Both the position numbers and the translations under genes were made by a program. From assembly GCA_965203175.1 (NCBI GenBank), contig OZ241867.1, forward strand, positions 4,832,001-4,896,000: 64,000 nt of DNA, given 5' to 3'. Below, piece after piece: positions 1 to 9,507 of this stretch (its first letter is position 1; each line of letters starts with the position of its first letter). The notes beneath the pieces were generated by a model, which saw nothing but the letters and a program-made list of their open reading frames with translations, was not told the DNA's origin and made no database searches. Source of the stretch: Candidatus Latescibacterota bacterium. GTDB lineage: Bacteria; Latescibacterota; UBA2968; UBA8231.

Positions 1-1027
1 CGGACAGAGCCAGCCGCCAGAGCCGCCAACCTTCTATTTCCGCCCGGCCCCTTTCCTTTGGTACCCGCCAGTCCGCTACATCCACTACGCTCACCCCCCG
101 CTCCAGCAGCACCACCGCCAACCGATCTTGCAGCGCCAAATCTACGACGGGTACCTCATAGGGAAGATGGCCCACCGACCCGACCAAGGCGCGCTCAGGA
201 CGGGCCTTTATTTCTGTTGACCCGATCGTGGTGACCCCAAAGCTCACCAAAAAAAGCGCGCCCACAGTCCACTGGAAATATCTGCTTGCCAGCGCTCTGA
301 ACGCCCGGCAGGCCCATAGCAGCACACTGGCTGCCAGCAGGGTGGCTACCGCAACCCTAGCCAGCAGCAGAGATGGTTCGAAGGCCGGCCGCAATATCCC
401 GGCCTCCGATTCGAAATTAGTCTGGAAGACCAACTCGGTATAATACCAAGATATGGGTCCCCATGTGTTTAATACTATGTGTCCCCCAAAGAAGCAGCCG
501 ATCCAAACCACCATCGGGCCGAGCATTGCTGCTTTGAGGGACGAGTCGCTAAAGATCGACGCCAGAAACACCGCAGTGTACAGGATCAGGTAGAAGAAAA
601 ACCACAACAGTAGGATGCGGCCGTACCCGACATCTACCAAGATCGCCTCCAGATCCAGGTCAATCGGGTCCCAGAAAAAGCCCCACAAGAACTGGGCATT
701 GTCCCCTTCCGACAGCCCGATGTACACTCCGGCCCAGTATGCTGCTAGTACAATCAGCAACCCGACGGCCCCCAGCACAAACTTCACCCCCAGCAACCGG
801 ACTCGGTCCAATGGTCGGATAAACAGGAAGGGCAACGTCCCCCGGCTCCGCTCACCGGCCACCGCGTCCATGCCCATCAGCACAGCGCCGAGTACGCCTA
901 CCAGATGGGATAAAACGTCCGAGTCGTCATGGTTCAGCCCGACGAATAGCCCCAAGCAGGCACCAACGGCGATTTTGTAGCTCGCCTCGCGCCCTTCTTT
1001 CCAGATCAGCGCCCGTAGCAGATTCAC
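1..1027 (-). CDS. ABC-2 type transporter permease (partial, runs off window start)
   Basis: Manual translation from GTG at 1027 (GTGA overlap with the ATPase stop): MNLLRALIWKEGREA...AVAGERSRGTLPFLFIRPLDRVRLLGVKF, a typical ABC-2 permease E-x-x-x-G-T motif with hydrophobic segments. Confidence 0.8.
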   Translation of the reverse strand, partial: MNLLRALIWKEGREASYKIAVGACLGLFVGLNHDDSDVLSHLVGVLGAVLMGMDAVAGERSRGTLPFLFIRPLDRVRLLGVKFVLGAVGLLIVLAAYWAGVYIGLSEGDNAQFLWGFFWDPIDLDLEAILVDVGYGRILLLWFFFYLILYTAVFLASIFSDSSLKAAMLGPMVVWIGCFFGGHIVLNTWGPISWYYTELVFQTNFESEAGILRPAFEPSLLLARVAVATLLAASVLLWACRAFRALASRYFQWTVGALFLVSFGVTTIGSTEIKARPERALVGSVGHLPYEVPVVDLALQDRLAVVLLERGVSVVDVADWRVPKERGRAEIEGWRLWRLALS

Positions 1028-1923
1028 GATTGGCCTCCTTCCGTGGCGCGGACGTGGGCTACGAAAGCATCCTCCAGACTCAGATCCATCACGTCCGCGA
1101 TCCGACCGCCCTGCGCCTCTATCTGGGCGGCCTGTTCTGGGCCGTATCCCACCACCGTCAACAGCCGCTGCGCCCCCTCGCCCCGCACCTCCCGCAAGCC
1201 GGAGATGTCAGTCAATTCGCCCGCATCTTCCGCCAAGCGCACCACCACTCGCTTAGCCGACTGTTTCACTTCATCCACCGTTCCTTCCACTTGTAGCCGA
1301 CCAGCCTCGATAATGGCCACCCTATCAGCCACCCGTTCCACTTCGTGCACCAGATGCGACGACAGAAAGACCGTGCGCCCCTCCTCTTGGATCAGCCCGA
1401 TGATGCTCTCGAGAAAGTCGCGCCGTACCACCACGTCCAGCCCCGAGGCCGGCTCGTCGAGGATCAGCAGCCGCGGCTCGTGCCCTAGGGCCAAGGCCAG
1501 GGCCAGTTGGGCGTTCATGCCGCGGGAGAGATGCTTGACCTTCTGTTCCGGGTCTAAGCCAAAACGGTCGATGAGGCCCTCGACTTTGCTTTGATTCCAA
1601 GTCTCGTAGAACTGGCCAGTAAACCAGACCAACTCCCGCACCTTCATCCACCCGTACAGGATCGGATTCTCCGCTACGTACCCTACCTGTCGCCACAGCG
1701 CCAGCGAGTCCCGTCCCGGATTTAGCCCTAGCACCTCCACCTGCCCGGCTGTGGGTTGGAGCAGGTTCATCAGTATGTTGATGGTCGTGGTCTTGCCGGC
1801 TCCGTTTCGTCCCAAAAAGCCGCAGACTGCGCCGGCGTGCACCTCTATCTGGAGATCGTCCACAGCCGTGCGCTGGCCAAAGCGGTGGGTCAAACCCGCG
1901 ATGGCGATTGCCGTATCAGTCAT
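1024..1923 (-). CDS. ABC transporter ATP-binding protein (YtrB-like)
   Basis: Walker A GRNGAGKT, signature LSRGM, Walker B LILDEP, H-loop SSH. Confidence 0.95.
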   Translation of the reverse strand: MTDTAIAIAGLTHRFGQRTAVDDLQIEVHAGAVCGFLGRNGAGKTTTINILMNLLQPTAGQVEVLGLNPGRDSLALWRQVGYVAENPILYGWMKVRELVWFTGQFYETWNQSKVEGLIDRFGLDPEQKVKHLSRGMNAQLALALALGHEPRLLILDEPASGLDVVVRRDFLESIIGLIQEEGRTVFLSSHLVHEVERVADRVAIIEAGRLQVEGTVDEVKQSAKRVVVRLAEDAGELTDISGLREVRGEGAQRLLTVVGYGPEQAAQIEAQGGRIADVMDLSLEDAFVAHVRATEGGQS

Positions 1924-2312
1924 GTCGATTCGCTTTCCCCTTTGCCGAACTGGTCTAGACGCTTCTGAAAAATCTGCTGCATCTCCGCTGGACTCAGCCC
2001 CAGTTCAGTCGCCTGGACTAGGGCTTTGTCGAGCATTTGCCGCACAATCTCGAATTTTTCCTCCTGACTCATGCTCACCTCCTTTTCGGCCACATAGGTG
2101 CCCATACCCCGCTTTTTGTAGATCACCCCGTCTCGCTCCAGTTCCAAATAGGCTCGTACCACGGTGTTGGGATTGATCAAGTACTGCCCAGACAGGACCC
2201 GCACCGAGGGCAATTCGTCGTGCGGCTTGAGCACTTTGGTGGCGATCTGGTACTTCACCTGCTCAATGATCTGCAGGTAGATGGGAACCCCGCTAGATGG
2301 ATCTATGCGCAA
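1920..2312 (-). CDS. GntR family transcriptional regulator, YtrA subfamily
   Basis: PIYLQI...LPSVR...NPNTVVRAY.ELE..G...G.GTYV; short C-terminus; heads an ABC operon. Confidence 0.95.
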   Translation of the reverse strand: MRIDPSSGVPIYLQIIEQVKYQIATKVLKPHDELPSVRVLSGQYLINPNTVVRAYLELERDGVIYKKRGMGTYVAEKEVSMSQEEKFEIVRQMLDKALVQATELGLSPAEMQQIFQKRLDQFGKGESEST

Positions 2313-2408
2313 TGGAGACTCTCCTTAGCTGTCCTGCCTCTGCCTTGCGGTAATTGTGCGTCGGCTGTCGCGTTTCATAGTGCCTCCTCGTCGAGATTTT
2401 TTGCAGTA

Positions 2409-2466
2409 TCGGTGTGTCGCAATACCGATACACCGACATAATAAAACATCCCGTATGCTTAGGCAA
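2409..2466 (-). promoter_or_regulatory. Sigma70-type promoter with downstream palindromic operator (probable YtrA site)
   Basis: Minus strand TTGCCT-17bp-TATTAT (2466..2438); inverted repeat TCGGTGTGTCG-N6-CGATACACCGA at 2409..2436. Confidence 0.65.
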
Positions 2467-2486
2467 GTATTTTTTCCCTAGCAGGT

Positions 2487-2521
2487 AAAAAAATGGGCCA
2501 GCGTTTTAATGCTGACCCATT
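2487..2521 (-). terminator. Intrinsic terminator after the TlpA-like array
   Basis: Minus strand ATGGGTCAGC-loop-GCTGGCCCAT followed by a T run. Confidence 0.7.
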
Positions 2522-2599
2522 AATTGCAAAAATATATGGTAGCCAAGAAAGGCCGTGAGGAATTTGCCGGGGCTTACAAGGGACGCCTACTCAGCTTGC

Positions 2600-4675
2600 T
2601 CACAAACTCTTCTCGATCGTCGCCACAATCTCGTCTGTATTGCGTAGTATCCTAAGACGCTCCACGATCAAGCCTTGCGAATCCACCAAGTAATACGAGG
2701 GCAAGGAGTTCACTTGATAGGACTTGGCCACGTCCGCACCCCAGCCGTCCGCGCGTACGTGGACGCCTTCGATTCCGTGTTTCTCAACCGCCTCTCGCCA
2801 AGCGGTCTCGTCCGTGTCTAGCGACAGATTGAGGAAGACCAAGGGTTTATCCGCCGCCTTTTTCTTGATTCTGCGGAGATCGGGCAGGTCGCCGATACAC
2901 GGCGCGCACCAACTCGCCCAGAAGTCGAGCAGAACCACCTGCCCCTTGAACTGACTCAGTGATACAGGCTGACCGTCGAGGTCGTGGAGCGTGAATTCGG
3001 GCGCGGGTTGCCCGGGCTGGAGTTTCAGGGCCTTATATAGAGCCGCTTGGACGACCTCGGTGTATTCCGGGTGCGGGTTGATCTCTTGGAACTCTTCCCA
3101 CATGCGCTGGGCCAACTCAAAGGCGTCGCTGTCGCGCTTGAAGCCACGAATCACCTCTCCAGCCAAAAACCAGTAGAGCACTCGCCCCTCCAGTTTTTCT
3201 TTGGCCTGACCGTATCTTGCCGAATTACTACTCCACTTCTCCAGAGTAACGGGCCCTGTAGTTGTAGTCATCGAATCAAGTTGGGCCTGCACCGCCCCCG
3301 ACAGACCAAGGCTTGATAGATCGATCCTCTCGGACAACTTGGGCCGCTGGGGGTGTTCGTACATCGAATCAAGTTGGGCACGGGCTGGTTCTGACAGCCA
3401 CGATAGATCGAGTTTCTCTGATAGTTTGGGTGGCTCTTTTTTCAGAGAATCCTGCTTTATTTCGAGCGGCAAGTAGAACGTCAACGCTCCATCCGTCGTA
3501 TCTACGCTAGCCTCCTCTATATCACTTGAAGTGAAGAAGCCATAGGATTTGGACTTTTCATGTAAGGAGTCGATTCGGGCTTGGGCTTTCTCTGAAAGAC
3601 CAAACACCGATAAATCAAAACTCTGGGATAGCTTGGGACGTCTCTTCTTTTTGTACACTGAGTCGAGCCGGGCCTGAGCAGCCGACAACAAACCAACCGC
3701 CGACAAATCGACCATCTGCGACAACTTGAGCGGTCCCTCCTTTTCGTACAGGGCATCGAGTTGGGCCAAAGTCTCCTCCGACAGCTCCAGATCCGATAGA
3801 TCGTACATCTCGGACAAATTGGGCCGCCTAAATAGGTTGGACATCTTGTCTAATTCCCTAGGACCTGTGGGCGGCCGACCAATAGATCCACTTCTGAATA
3901 GTAAGGCTTGCTCTATCTGTTCCCGTCGCTCCCAGTCCAAGGTCCGCTCCAGAAACGTGTGATAGTCCATCGTGCCAATAGCCTTCTCATCGACTAGGGG
4001 AATTCCCTGCAGAAAATCGTAGTAGTCTGGGGGGAGGTCCCTGTTCTCGTGGTCGTTGGCAAAGCGGTACTCCGTCGGATAGGAGATCATGAGATTGGCC
4101 CACTCGTAATTGAAGTGGGCTATCGCATAATCGACAAACCCTGGCGACAGCGCGTATTCTTTACTCCTTGCGGCCAGAAACTCGAACTGGTCTCGACGCC
4201 GCTGATCTACTTGGCGCTTGAAATCCTCGGCCTCCAGCCCCTCGTAATCCAGACGAGGACGACCAAATTCGGCCATCCACTCGGTCACGAAGCGGTTATT
4301 GTCGGCTCCTATACCACTAAACGAGTAGGAGGAATCGGAAAAGCCCTCCTCCACGACCACGTGCAGACTGTCGCCGGGTTCGACGAAGAACATCGACCGC
4401 ACTTCATTGTAATAGGCCCTGACGAGAGTCCCTCGAACGACAGGCAGTTCGAAGAAGAAGTGGTTCAGGCTGTCGAGAACGACGCGTTCCTCGAAGTCTT
4501 CCAGCGCCGACGGCGACTCGTAGCCAAATGTAATTTCCCGCGAAGTTGGGGACTGGATTTCGCCGGTGATGATCGCAACCGATGGCTGGCTCTGAGCGCT
4601 GGCTAGACAAGCACTCGACGTTATAAGTATGGCAATTAGGAAGCTACAATATGCGTTCGTCATACGGTTCTCCAT
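2600..4675 (-). CDS. Secreted TlpA/ResA-like thiol-disulfide oxidoreductase, paralogue 1 (5 internal repeats)
   Basis: Signal peptide; C-terminal GQPAPEFTL..DFWASWCAPC thioredoxin-fold domain. Confidence 0.85.
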   Translation of the reverse strand: MENRMTNAYCSFLIAILITSSACLASAQSQPSVAIITGEIQSPTSREITFGYESPSALEDFEERVVLDSLNHFFFELPVVRGTLVRAYYNEVRSMFFVEPGDSLHVVVEEGFSDSSYSFSGIGADNNRFVTEWMAEFGRPRLDYEGLEAEDFKRQVDQRRRDQFEFLAARSKEYALSPGFVDYAIAHFNYEWANLMISYPTEYRFANDHENRDLPPDYYDFLQGIPLVDEKAIGTMDYHTFLERTLDWERREQIEQALLFRSGSIGRPPTGPRELDKMSNLFRRPNLSEMYDLSDLELSEETLAQLDALYEKEGPLKLSQMVDLSAVGLLSAAQARLDSVYKKKRRPKLSQSFDLSVFGLSEKAQARIDSLHEKSKSYGFFTSSDIEEASVDTTDGALTFYLPLEIKQDSLKKEPPKLSEKLDLSWLSEPARAQLDSMYEHPQRPKLSERIDLSSLGLSGAVQAQLDSMTTTTGPVTLEKWSSNSARYGQAKEKLEGRVLYWFLAGEVIRGFKRDSDAFELAQRMWEEFQEINPHPEYTEVVQAALYKALKLQPGQPAPEFTLHDLDGQPVSLSQFKGQVVLLDFWASWCAPCIGDLPDLRRIKKKAADKPLVFLNLSLDTDETAWREAVEKHGIEGVHVRADGWGADVAKSYQVNSLPSYYLVDSQGLIVERLRILRNTDEIVATIEKSL

Positions 4676-4717
4676 TTAAGGTCTGCTCAAGGGACGCCTA
4701 TACAGAGCGCAGAGTTT

Positions 4718-6349
4718 TCACAAGCTCTTCCCAATCGTCGTTACAATCGCGTCTGTGTTCTTTACGCTAAAAAGACGCTCCACGAGCAGCCCTTGCGAGT
4801 CCACCAAGTAATACGAAGGCAAGGAACTCACTTGGTAGGACTTGGCCACGTCTGAGCCCAAGCCGACAGCGCGCACGTGGACGCCTTTGATCCCGTGTTT
4901 ATCAACCGCCTTGCGCCAAGCGGCCTCATCGTCATCTAGCGACAGATTGAGGAAGACGACCGGCTGCCCCGCCGTCCTTTCCTTGATTTTGCGGAGATCG
5001 GGCAGATTTTCAATACACGGCCCACACCAACTCGCCCAGAAGTCGAGCAGCACCACTTGGCCCTTGAACTGGCTCAGCGATATGGGCTGACCATCGAGAT
5101 CTTGGAGGGTGAATTCGGGTGCAGGTTGCCCAAATTGCAGCTTCAGAGCCTCATCCAGAGCCTCCTGGACGGCCTCCGTGTATTCCGGGTACGGATTGCT
5201 CGCTTGGAAATCTTCCCACTTGCGCTGGGCCGCCGCAAAGGTTTTGCTGCTTCCGTGCTTGAATGCAGAGATCAGACTCTCGGTCAGAAACCAATAGAGA
5301 ACTCTCCCCTCCAACTGCTGCTTGGTGAAATCGTACCTTTCCGCAAAACTCCACCTCTTTCGAGCACGGGGCTCTGTGCGTATCGAATCGAACTGGGCCT
5401 GCACTGTCTCCGACAGCCCCAGACCCGATAGATCGATCTTCTCGGCCGACCTGAGCGATTGACGGCGTTCGTACATCGAGTCGAGGCGGACCACGGTCTC
5501 CTCTGATAGTTCCAGACTCGACAGGTCGTATCTTTCGGATAACTTGGCCCGCCTGAAAGCTGCGGATTCCTCTTTCAACTTCCGCAGGGAATTCATTAGA
5601 AAGGCGCGATACCGTTCCACACCAATGGCTCTTTCGTCCATCAGGGGAATTTCCTCGAGAAAGTCGTAGTAGTCTGGAGGGATATTTTTGTTCTCGTGGC
5701 CGTTGATGATGCGATACACCCTCGGATAGACAATCATCCTATTGGCCCAATCGTAATTGACGGAGGCAGTCACATAGTCGATGCACCCTGGAGACAGCGC
5801 GTATTGCTCGCGACCCTCGGCCAAGAATTCGAGCTGCTCCCGCCGCCACTGGTCCATCTGGCGAGAAAAGTCCTCCACCTGCAGATCCTCAAAGTCGAGG
5901 TCAAAGGAGTCGAATGGCACCAACCACTCGGCCATGAAGCGGCTGTTGTCCGCGTTAGGGCCGCTGAACGTATAGGACGAACTGAAAAAGCCCTCCTCAA
6001 TAACCACGTGCAGACTATCGCCGGGTTCGACGAAGAAGATCAAGGGATTGTAACCGAAGATGAAAGCTCTTAACAACTTCACCCACTGCTGACCCTCTTC
6101 GTAACCCCCCATTATGCGGGTTCCTCGGCTGACAGGTAGCGCGAGCGTAAAGCGGTTCTGGCCATCAAGCGTGACACGGCGGTCGGGCAGCAACGGCGAC
6201 TCGTAGAATACGATCTCTCGCGAGCGAGGATTCTGAACCTCGCCGGTGATGATCGCAACCGACGGCTGGCGCTGGGCACTTTCGACAGCTAGACAAGCAC
6301 TCGACGCCAAGAGTATGGCCATGAGGAGGCTACAATATGCGTTCGTCAT
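4718..6349 (-). CDS. Secreted TlpA/ResA-like oxidoreductase, paralogue 2 (2 internal repeats)
   Basis: Signal peptide; DFWASWCGPC; colinear with paralogue 1. Confidence 0.85.
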   Translation of the reverse strand: MTNAYCSLLMAILLASSACLAVESAQRQPSVAIITGEVQNPRSREIVFYESPLLPDRRVTLDGQNRFTLALPVSRGTRIMGGYEEGQQWVKLLRAFIFGYNPLIFFVEPGDSLHVVIEEGFFSSSYTFSGPNADNSRFMAEWLVPFDSFDLDFEDLQVEDFSRQMDQWRREQLEFLAEGREQYALSPGCIDYVTASVNYDWANRMIVYPRVYRIINGHENKNIPPDYYDFLEEIPLMDERAIGVERYRAFLMNSLRKLKEESAAFRRAKLSERYDLSSLELSEETVVRLDSMYERRQSLRSAEKIDLSGLGLSETVQAQFDSIRTEPRARKRWSFAERYDFTKQQLEGRVLYWFLTESLISAFKHGSSKTFAAAQRKWEDFQASNPYPEYTEAVQEALDEALKLQFGQPAPEFTLQDLDGQPISLSQFKGQVVLLDFWASWCGPCIENLPDLRKIKERTAGQPVVFLNLSLDDDEAAWRKAVDKHGIKGVHVRAVGLGSDVAKSYQVSSLPSYYLVDSQGLLVERLFSVKNTDAIVTTIGKSL

Positions 6350-6383
6350 GCGGCTTGCTCCATTCAGGTTCGGCTCAGCTTGT

Positions 6384-7817
6384 TCACAAGCCCTGCTCGA
6401 TCATCGCGACAATCTCGTCTGTATCCCCTACGCTATACAGACGATCTAAGATCAATCCTCGGGAGTCCACCAAGTAATACGCAGGGATGACACTCACTTG
6501 GTAGCTTGTGGTTACCTCCGTACTCCAACCCTCGGCACGCACATGGACGCCTTCGATCTCGTGTTTATCAATCGCTTCTCGCCAAGCAGCCTCATCCACG
6601 TCCAGTGATATGTTGAGGAAGACGACCGGCCGGCCGGCCGTTTTTTCCTTGATTTTGCGGAGATTGGGCAGGTCGCTAATACACGGCTTGCACCAACTTG
6701 ACCAGAAATCGAGCAAAACCACCTGCCCCTTGAACTGCCCCAGCGATACGGGCTGGCCATCGAGGTCGTCGAGCGTGAAAGCGGGCGCGGGTTGCCCAGG
6801 TTGTAGCTTGAGCGCCTCATCCAGAGCGGCCTGGACAGGTTCGTTGTATTCCGGGTGCGGATTGATCTGCTGGAAATCCTCCCACTTGCTATGGGCCACT
6901 GCAAAAGCTTCGCTGCCGCCGCGCTTGAACCCATCGATCAGCTCTCCGGCCAGAAACCAGTAGAGCACTCTCCCTTCTAGTTTTTGCTTGGCCAGATCGT
7001 ATCTCTTTGCCAAATTCCACGTCCGACCTACTGGAGTAGTATATATCGAGTCAACCTGGGTCTGGATGGCCTCCGACAGATTCCGGTTTTCCCAGTCTAA
7101 GAAAAGTCCCAGAAACCAGCGATAACTGCCTGTGCCCATGGCCTTTTCGGTCACCAAGGGGATTTCCTGTAGGAAGTCGTAGTACTCCGGGGTGATATCT
7201 CTGTTTTCGTGGCCATTGACAACTCGGTAATTCGTCGGGTAGGACATCATGAGTTCGGCCCTCTCGTAATTGAAGCTGGCCGTCGCATAGTCAATGTACC
7301 TTGGAGACAGGATGTATTTCTCGCGCCCCTCGGCTAGAAACTCGAACCGCTCCCTCCGCCACTGCTCCATCTGGCGCTTAAAATCCTCCACCTTCAGATC
7401 CTCGTAGTCGAGTCGGAAGGAGCGGAAGCGTAGCCCCAACTCAGCCATGAAGCGGCTGTTGTCCGCATTGGGACCGCTAAACGAGCAAACGCCCTCCTCC
7501 ACGACGATGTGCAGACTGTCGCCGGGTTCGACGAAGAAGATTGATCGCCTTCTCTCGTAATGCCCCCAGACGGGGATTCCTCGGACGACAGGCAACTCAA
7601 AGGCGAAGCGGTCTAGACTATCGAGAACGATGCGCAGTTCGGAGCTTTCCAGTGCCGACGGCGATTCGTAGCCAAATGTGATTTCCCGCGAAGTTGGGTC
7701 CCGGATTTCGCCAGTGATGGTTGCAATCGATGGCGGACTCTGCGCGCTTTCGACAGCGAGACAAGCACTCGACGCCATGAGTATGGCAATGAGGAGGCTA
7801 CCGTATGTATTCCTCAT
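6384..7817 (-). CDS. Secreted TlpA/ResA-like oxidoreductase, paralogue 3 (half repeat)
   Basis: Signal peptide; DFWSSWCKPC; colinear with paralogues 1 and 2. Confidence 0.85.
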   Translation of the reverse strand: MRNTYGSLLIAILMASSACLAVESAQSPPSIATITGEIRDPTSREITFGYESPSALESSELRIVLDSLDRFAFELPVVRGIPVWGHYERRRSIFFVEPGDSLHIVVEEGVCSFSGPNADNSRFMAELGLRFRSFRLDYEDLKVEDFKRQMEQWRRERFEFLAEGREKYILSPRYIDYATASFNYERAELMMSYPTNYRVVNGHENRDITPEYYDFLQEIPLVTEKAMGTGSYRWFLGLFLDWENRNLSEAIQTQVDSIYTTPVGRTWNLAKRYDLAKQKLEGRVLYWFLAGELIDGFKRGGSEAFAVAHSKWEDFQQINPHPEYNEPVQAALDEALKLQPGQPAPAFTLDDLDGQPVSLGQFKGQVVLLDFWSSWCKPCISDLPNLRKIKEKTAGRPVVFLNISLDVDEAAWREAIDKHEIEGVHVRAEGWSTEVTTSYQVSVIPAYYLVDSRGLILDRLYSVGDTDEIVAMIEQGL

Positions 7818-7835
7818 GAGCCTTGCTCTAGTCAG

Positions 7836-8636
7836 CTAGCCGTATGCGCCGTGATCGAGGAAGCCGAGCAGCCGTTTCAGCCGGGGATTCGCATTTTCAT
7901 ACACATGCGGCGGCATTTGGTAGTTCATAAACGGGTAGTACTTGTGCCCGACGATCCGGCGCGCATACGTCACCTGGGTGATGTACCGCGTGCGGTCGCT
8001 GCGGTTCGGCCCCCCGCGATGCCACACCTGATTGTTGAACATGACGACGCTCCCCGCCGGGGCGCTGTTGTGGACGATTTTCTCTTCCCACTCGGAGCCC
8101 TCGATCTCGACCGGCGGTTTGCCGAGCAGGTGCGTTTTCGGAATCACTTCCGTCCCGCCGTGCGCCGGCGTATCCACATCGGTCAGATAGTAGTTGGCCG
8201 TAAAGAACAGCACCGGGAGGTGGACGTTCGGCGGCGGCTTGCCGTCTGTGACGACGTAGTGTGGGGCATCGTCCTGATGCCACGTCGAGAGGCCTCCGCC
8301 CGGAAGCGTCTGGAACGAGTTGTTGTGAATCACGTGGCAATTCGGTGCTACCAATGCCTCCGCAAAGCTCACAATCGGCTCGAGATCGAACAGGCGCAGG
8401 TTGGCTGCGCTCGTCTCGAATAGCCGATGCGCGAGCTTCGTGTACTCGCTGTAGTTGTTCAGTCCATTCGGATTGTCCGCCAGCGCCCGGTCCAAATCGG
8501 CCCGCAATTGCGCACACCAATCCGGCGGGAGAACGTTTTTAACGAGCAGGTACCCATCGCGATGAAATCTCTCGATCCATTGGGCGATCTGTTCGGTGGA
8601 TTGTTGGACCCCGGCGAGAGGCTGTTTTTTTCGCAT
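7836..8636 (-). CDS. Phytanoyl-CoA dioxygenase (PhyH) family protein
   Basis: F.RDGYL.V, WHQD, GGT.VIP.TH, WHRGGPN.S...R; start placed at the ATG of MRKKQ. Confidence 0.9.
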   Translation of the reverse strand: MRKKQPLAGVQQSTEQIAQWIERFHRDGYLLVKNVLPPDWCAQLRADLDRALADNPNGLNNYSEYTKLAHRLFETSAANLRLFDLEPIVSFAEALVAPNCHVIHNNSFQTLPGGGLSTWHQDDAPHYVVTDGKPPPNVHLPVLFFTANYYLTDVDTPAHGGTEVIPKTHLLGKPPVEIEGSEWEEKIVHNSAPAGSVVMFNNQVWHRGGPNRSDRTRYITQVTYARRIVGHKYYPFMNYQMPPHVYENANPRLKRLLGFLDHGAYG

Positions 8637-8722
8637 GATTGCCCTGCCTTCTTGATGGAATCGTCCTCGGAGAGCAATCAAACGCAACCCGACTGCCGAC
8701 ACAAGACTCGCTGTCTGGCACA

Positions 8723-8755
8723 TTGACGTAGCATGGGTTCCGTGTTACAATGCTA
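8723..8755 (+). promoter_or_regulatory. Sigma70 promoter of higBA, probably leaderless, with inverted repeat operator
   Basis: TTGACG(8723)-17bp-TACAAT(8746-8751), ATG 7 nt later; TAGCAT...ATGCTA inverted repeat overlaps it. Confidence 0.7.
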
Positions 8756-8758
8756 TTC

Positions 8759-9052
8759 ATGATTCAATCGTTCCGACATGCTGGCACCGAAGACATCTTC
8801 AATGGACGAGACACACGTGCTGCACGCGGTGCTTGTCCATCTTCATTGTGGACTGTAGCTATACGAAAGCTTGAACAACTGGACTCAGCCGATGAACTGC
8901 GCGACTTGCGCAGTCCTCCTGGCAATCATTTCAAGGTATTGCGGGGCATTCGGTCTGGACAATGCAGTGTCCGGGTCAATGACCAATACCGTATTTGTTT
9001 TGCATGGTCGGATGCTGGACCCCAGAATGTCGAAATCGTCGACTATCACTAA
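8759..9052 (+). CDS. higB: HigB/RelE-family toxin
   Basis: MIQSF...DLRSPPGN...SVRVNDQYRICF.W......VEIVDYH. Confidence 0.92.
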   Translation: MIQSFRHAGTEDIFNGRDTRAARGACPSSLWTVAIRKLEQLDSADELRDLRSPPGNHFKVLRGIRSGQCSVRVNDQYRICFAWSDAGPQNVEIVDYH

Positions 9053-9075
9053 TCACTAAACAAGAGGAGTCGATC

Positions 9076-9390
9076 ATGGTACGTATTCCAACAGATCGCG
9101 TTCCGACTCATCCGGGTGAGATGCTACTGGAGGAGTTCCTAAATCCTTTAGGTTTAACGCAGCGCGAATTGGCAGCTGCCATTCACGTTCCTTATCAGCG
9201 AGTCAACGAATTGGTGAATGGGCGACGTGGCATTACTCCGAGTACAGCCCTACGCCTAGCAAAGTATTTCGATGTGTCGCCCGCGTTTTGGCTGAATCTC
9301 CAACTGCGCTGGGATCTGTATCACGCCACCCGGTCTGAAGCTCGGGAACTAGAGGCGATTGAGCCACGTGCCGTAGGACTTGAAGTATAA
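9076..9390 (+). CDS. higA: HigA antitoxin (XRE HTH)
   Basis: PTHPGEMLLEEFL.PLGLTQ..LA...NGRRGIT..TALRLAKYF..SP.FWLNLQ; RBS GAGGAG. Confidence 0.93.
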   Translation: MVRIPTDRVPTHPGEMLLEEFLNPLGLTQRELAAAIHVPYQRVNELVNGRRGITPSTALRLAKYFDVSPAFWLNLQLRWDLYHATRSEARELEAIEPRAVGLEV

Positions 9391-9457
9391 AGGCCAAGAA
9401 GCCTTCAGCTTCCTATATCTAGGTCACAACCGTATCCTCAGCAACGATGAGAAGTGC

Positions 9458-9506
9458 CGATCATGGTATTCCAACAGAGCGCGTTCCGACTCATCCGGGG
9501 ATCTGA
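9458..9506 (+). pseudogene. Degenerate relic of the higA 5' end
   Basis: 42 bp match to 9071..9116 with one 4-bp gap and one substitution. Confidence 0.7.
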
Positions 9507-9507
9507 A

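Noticed and set aside
2600-7817. Diversity-generating retroelement targets
   Set aside because: No reverse transcriptase or template repeat seen; differences between paralogues are not adenine-specific by eye.
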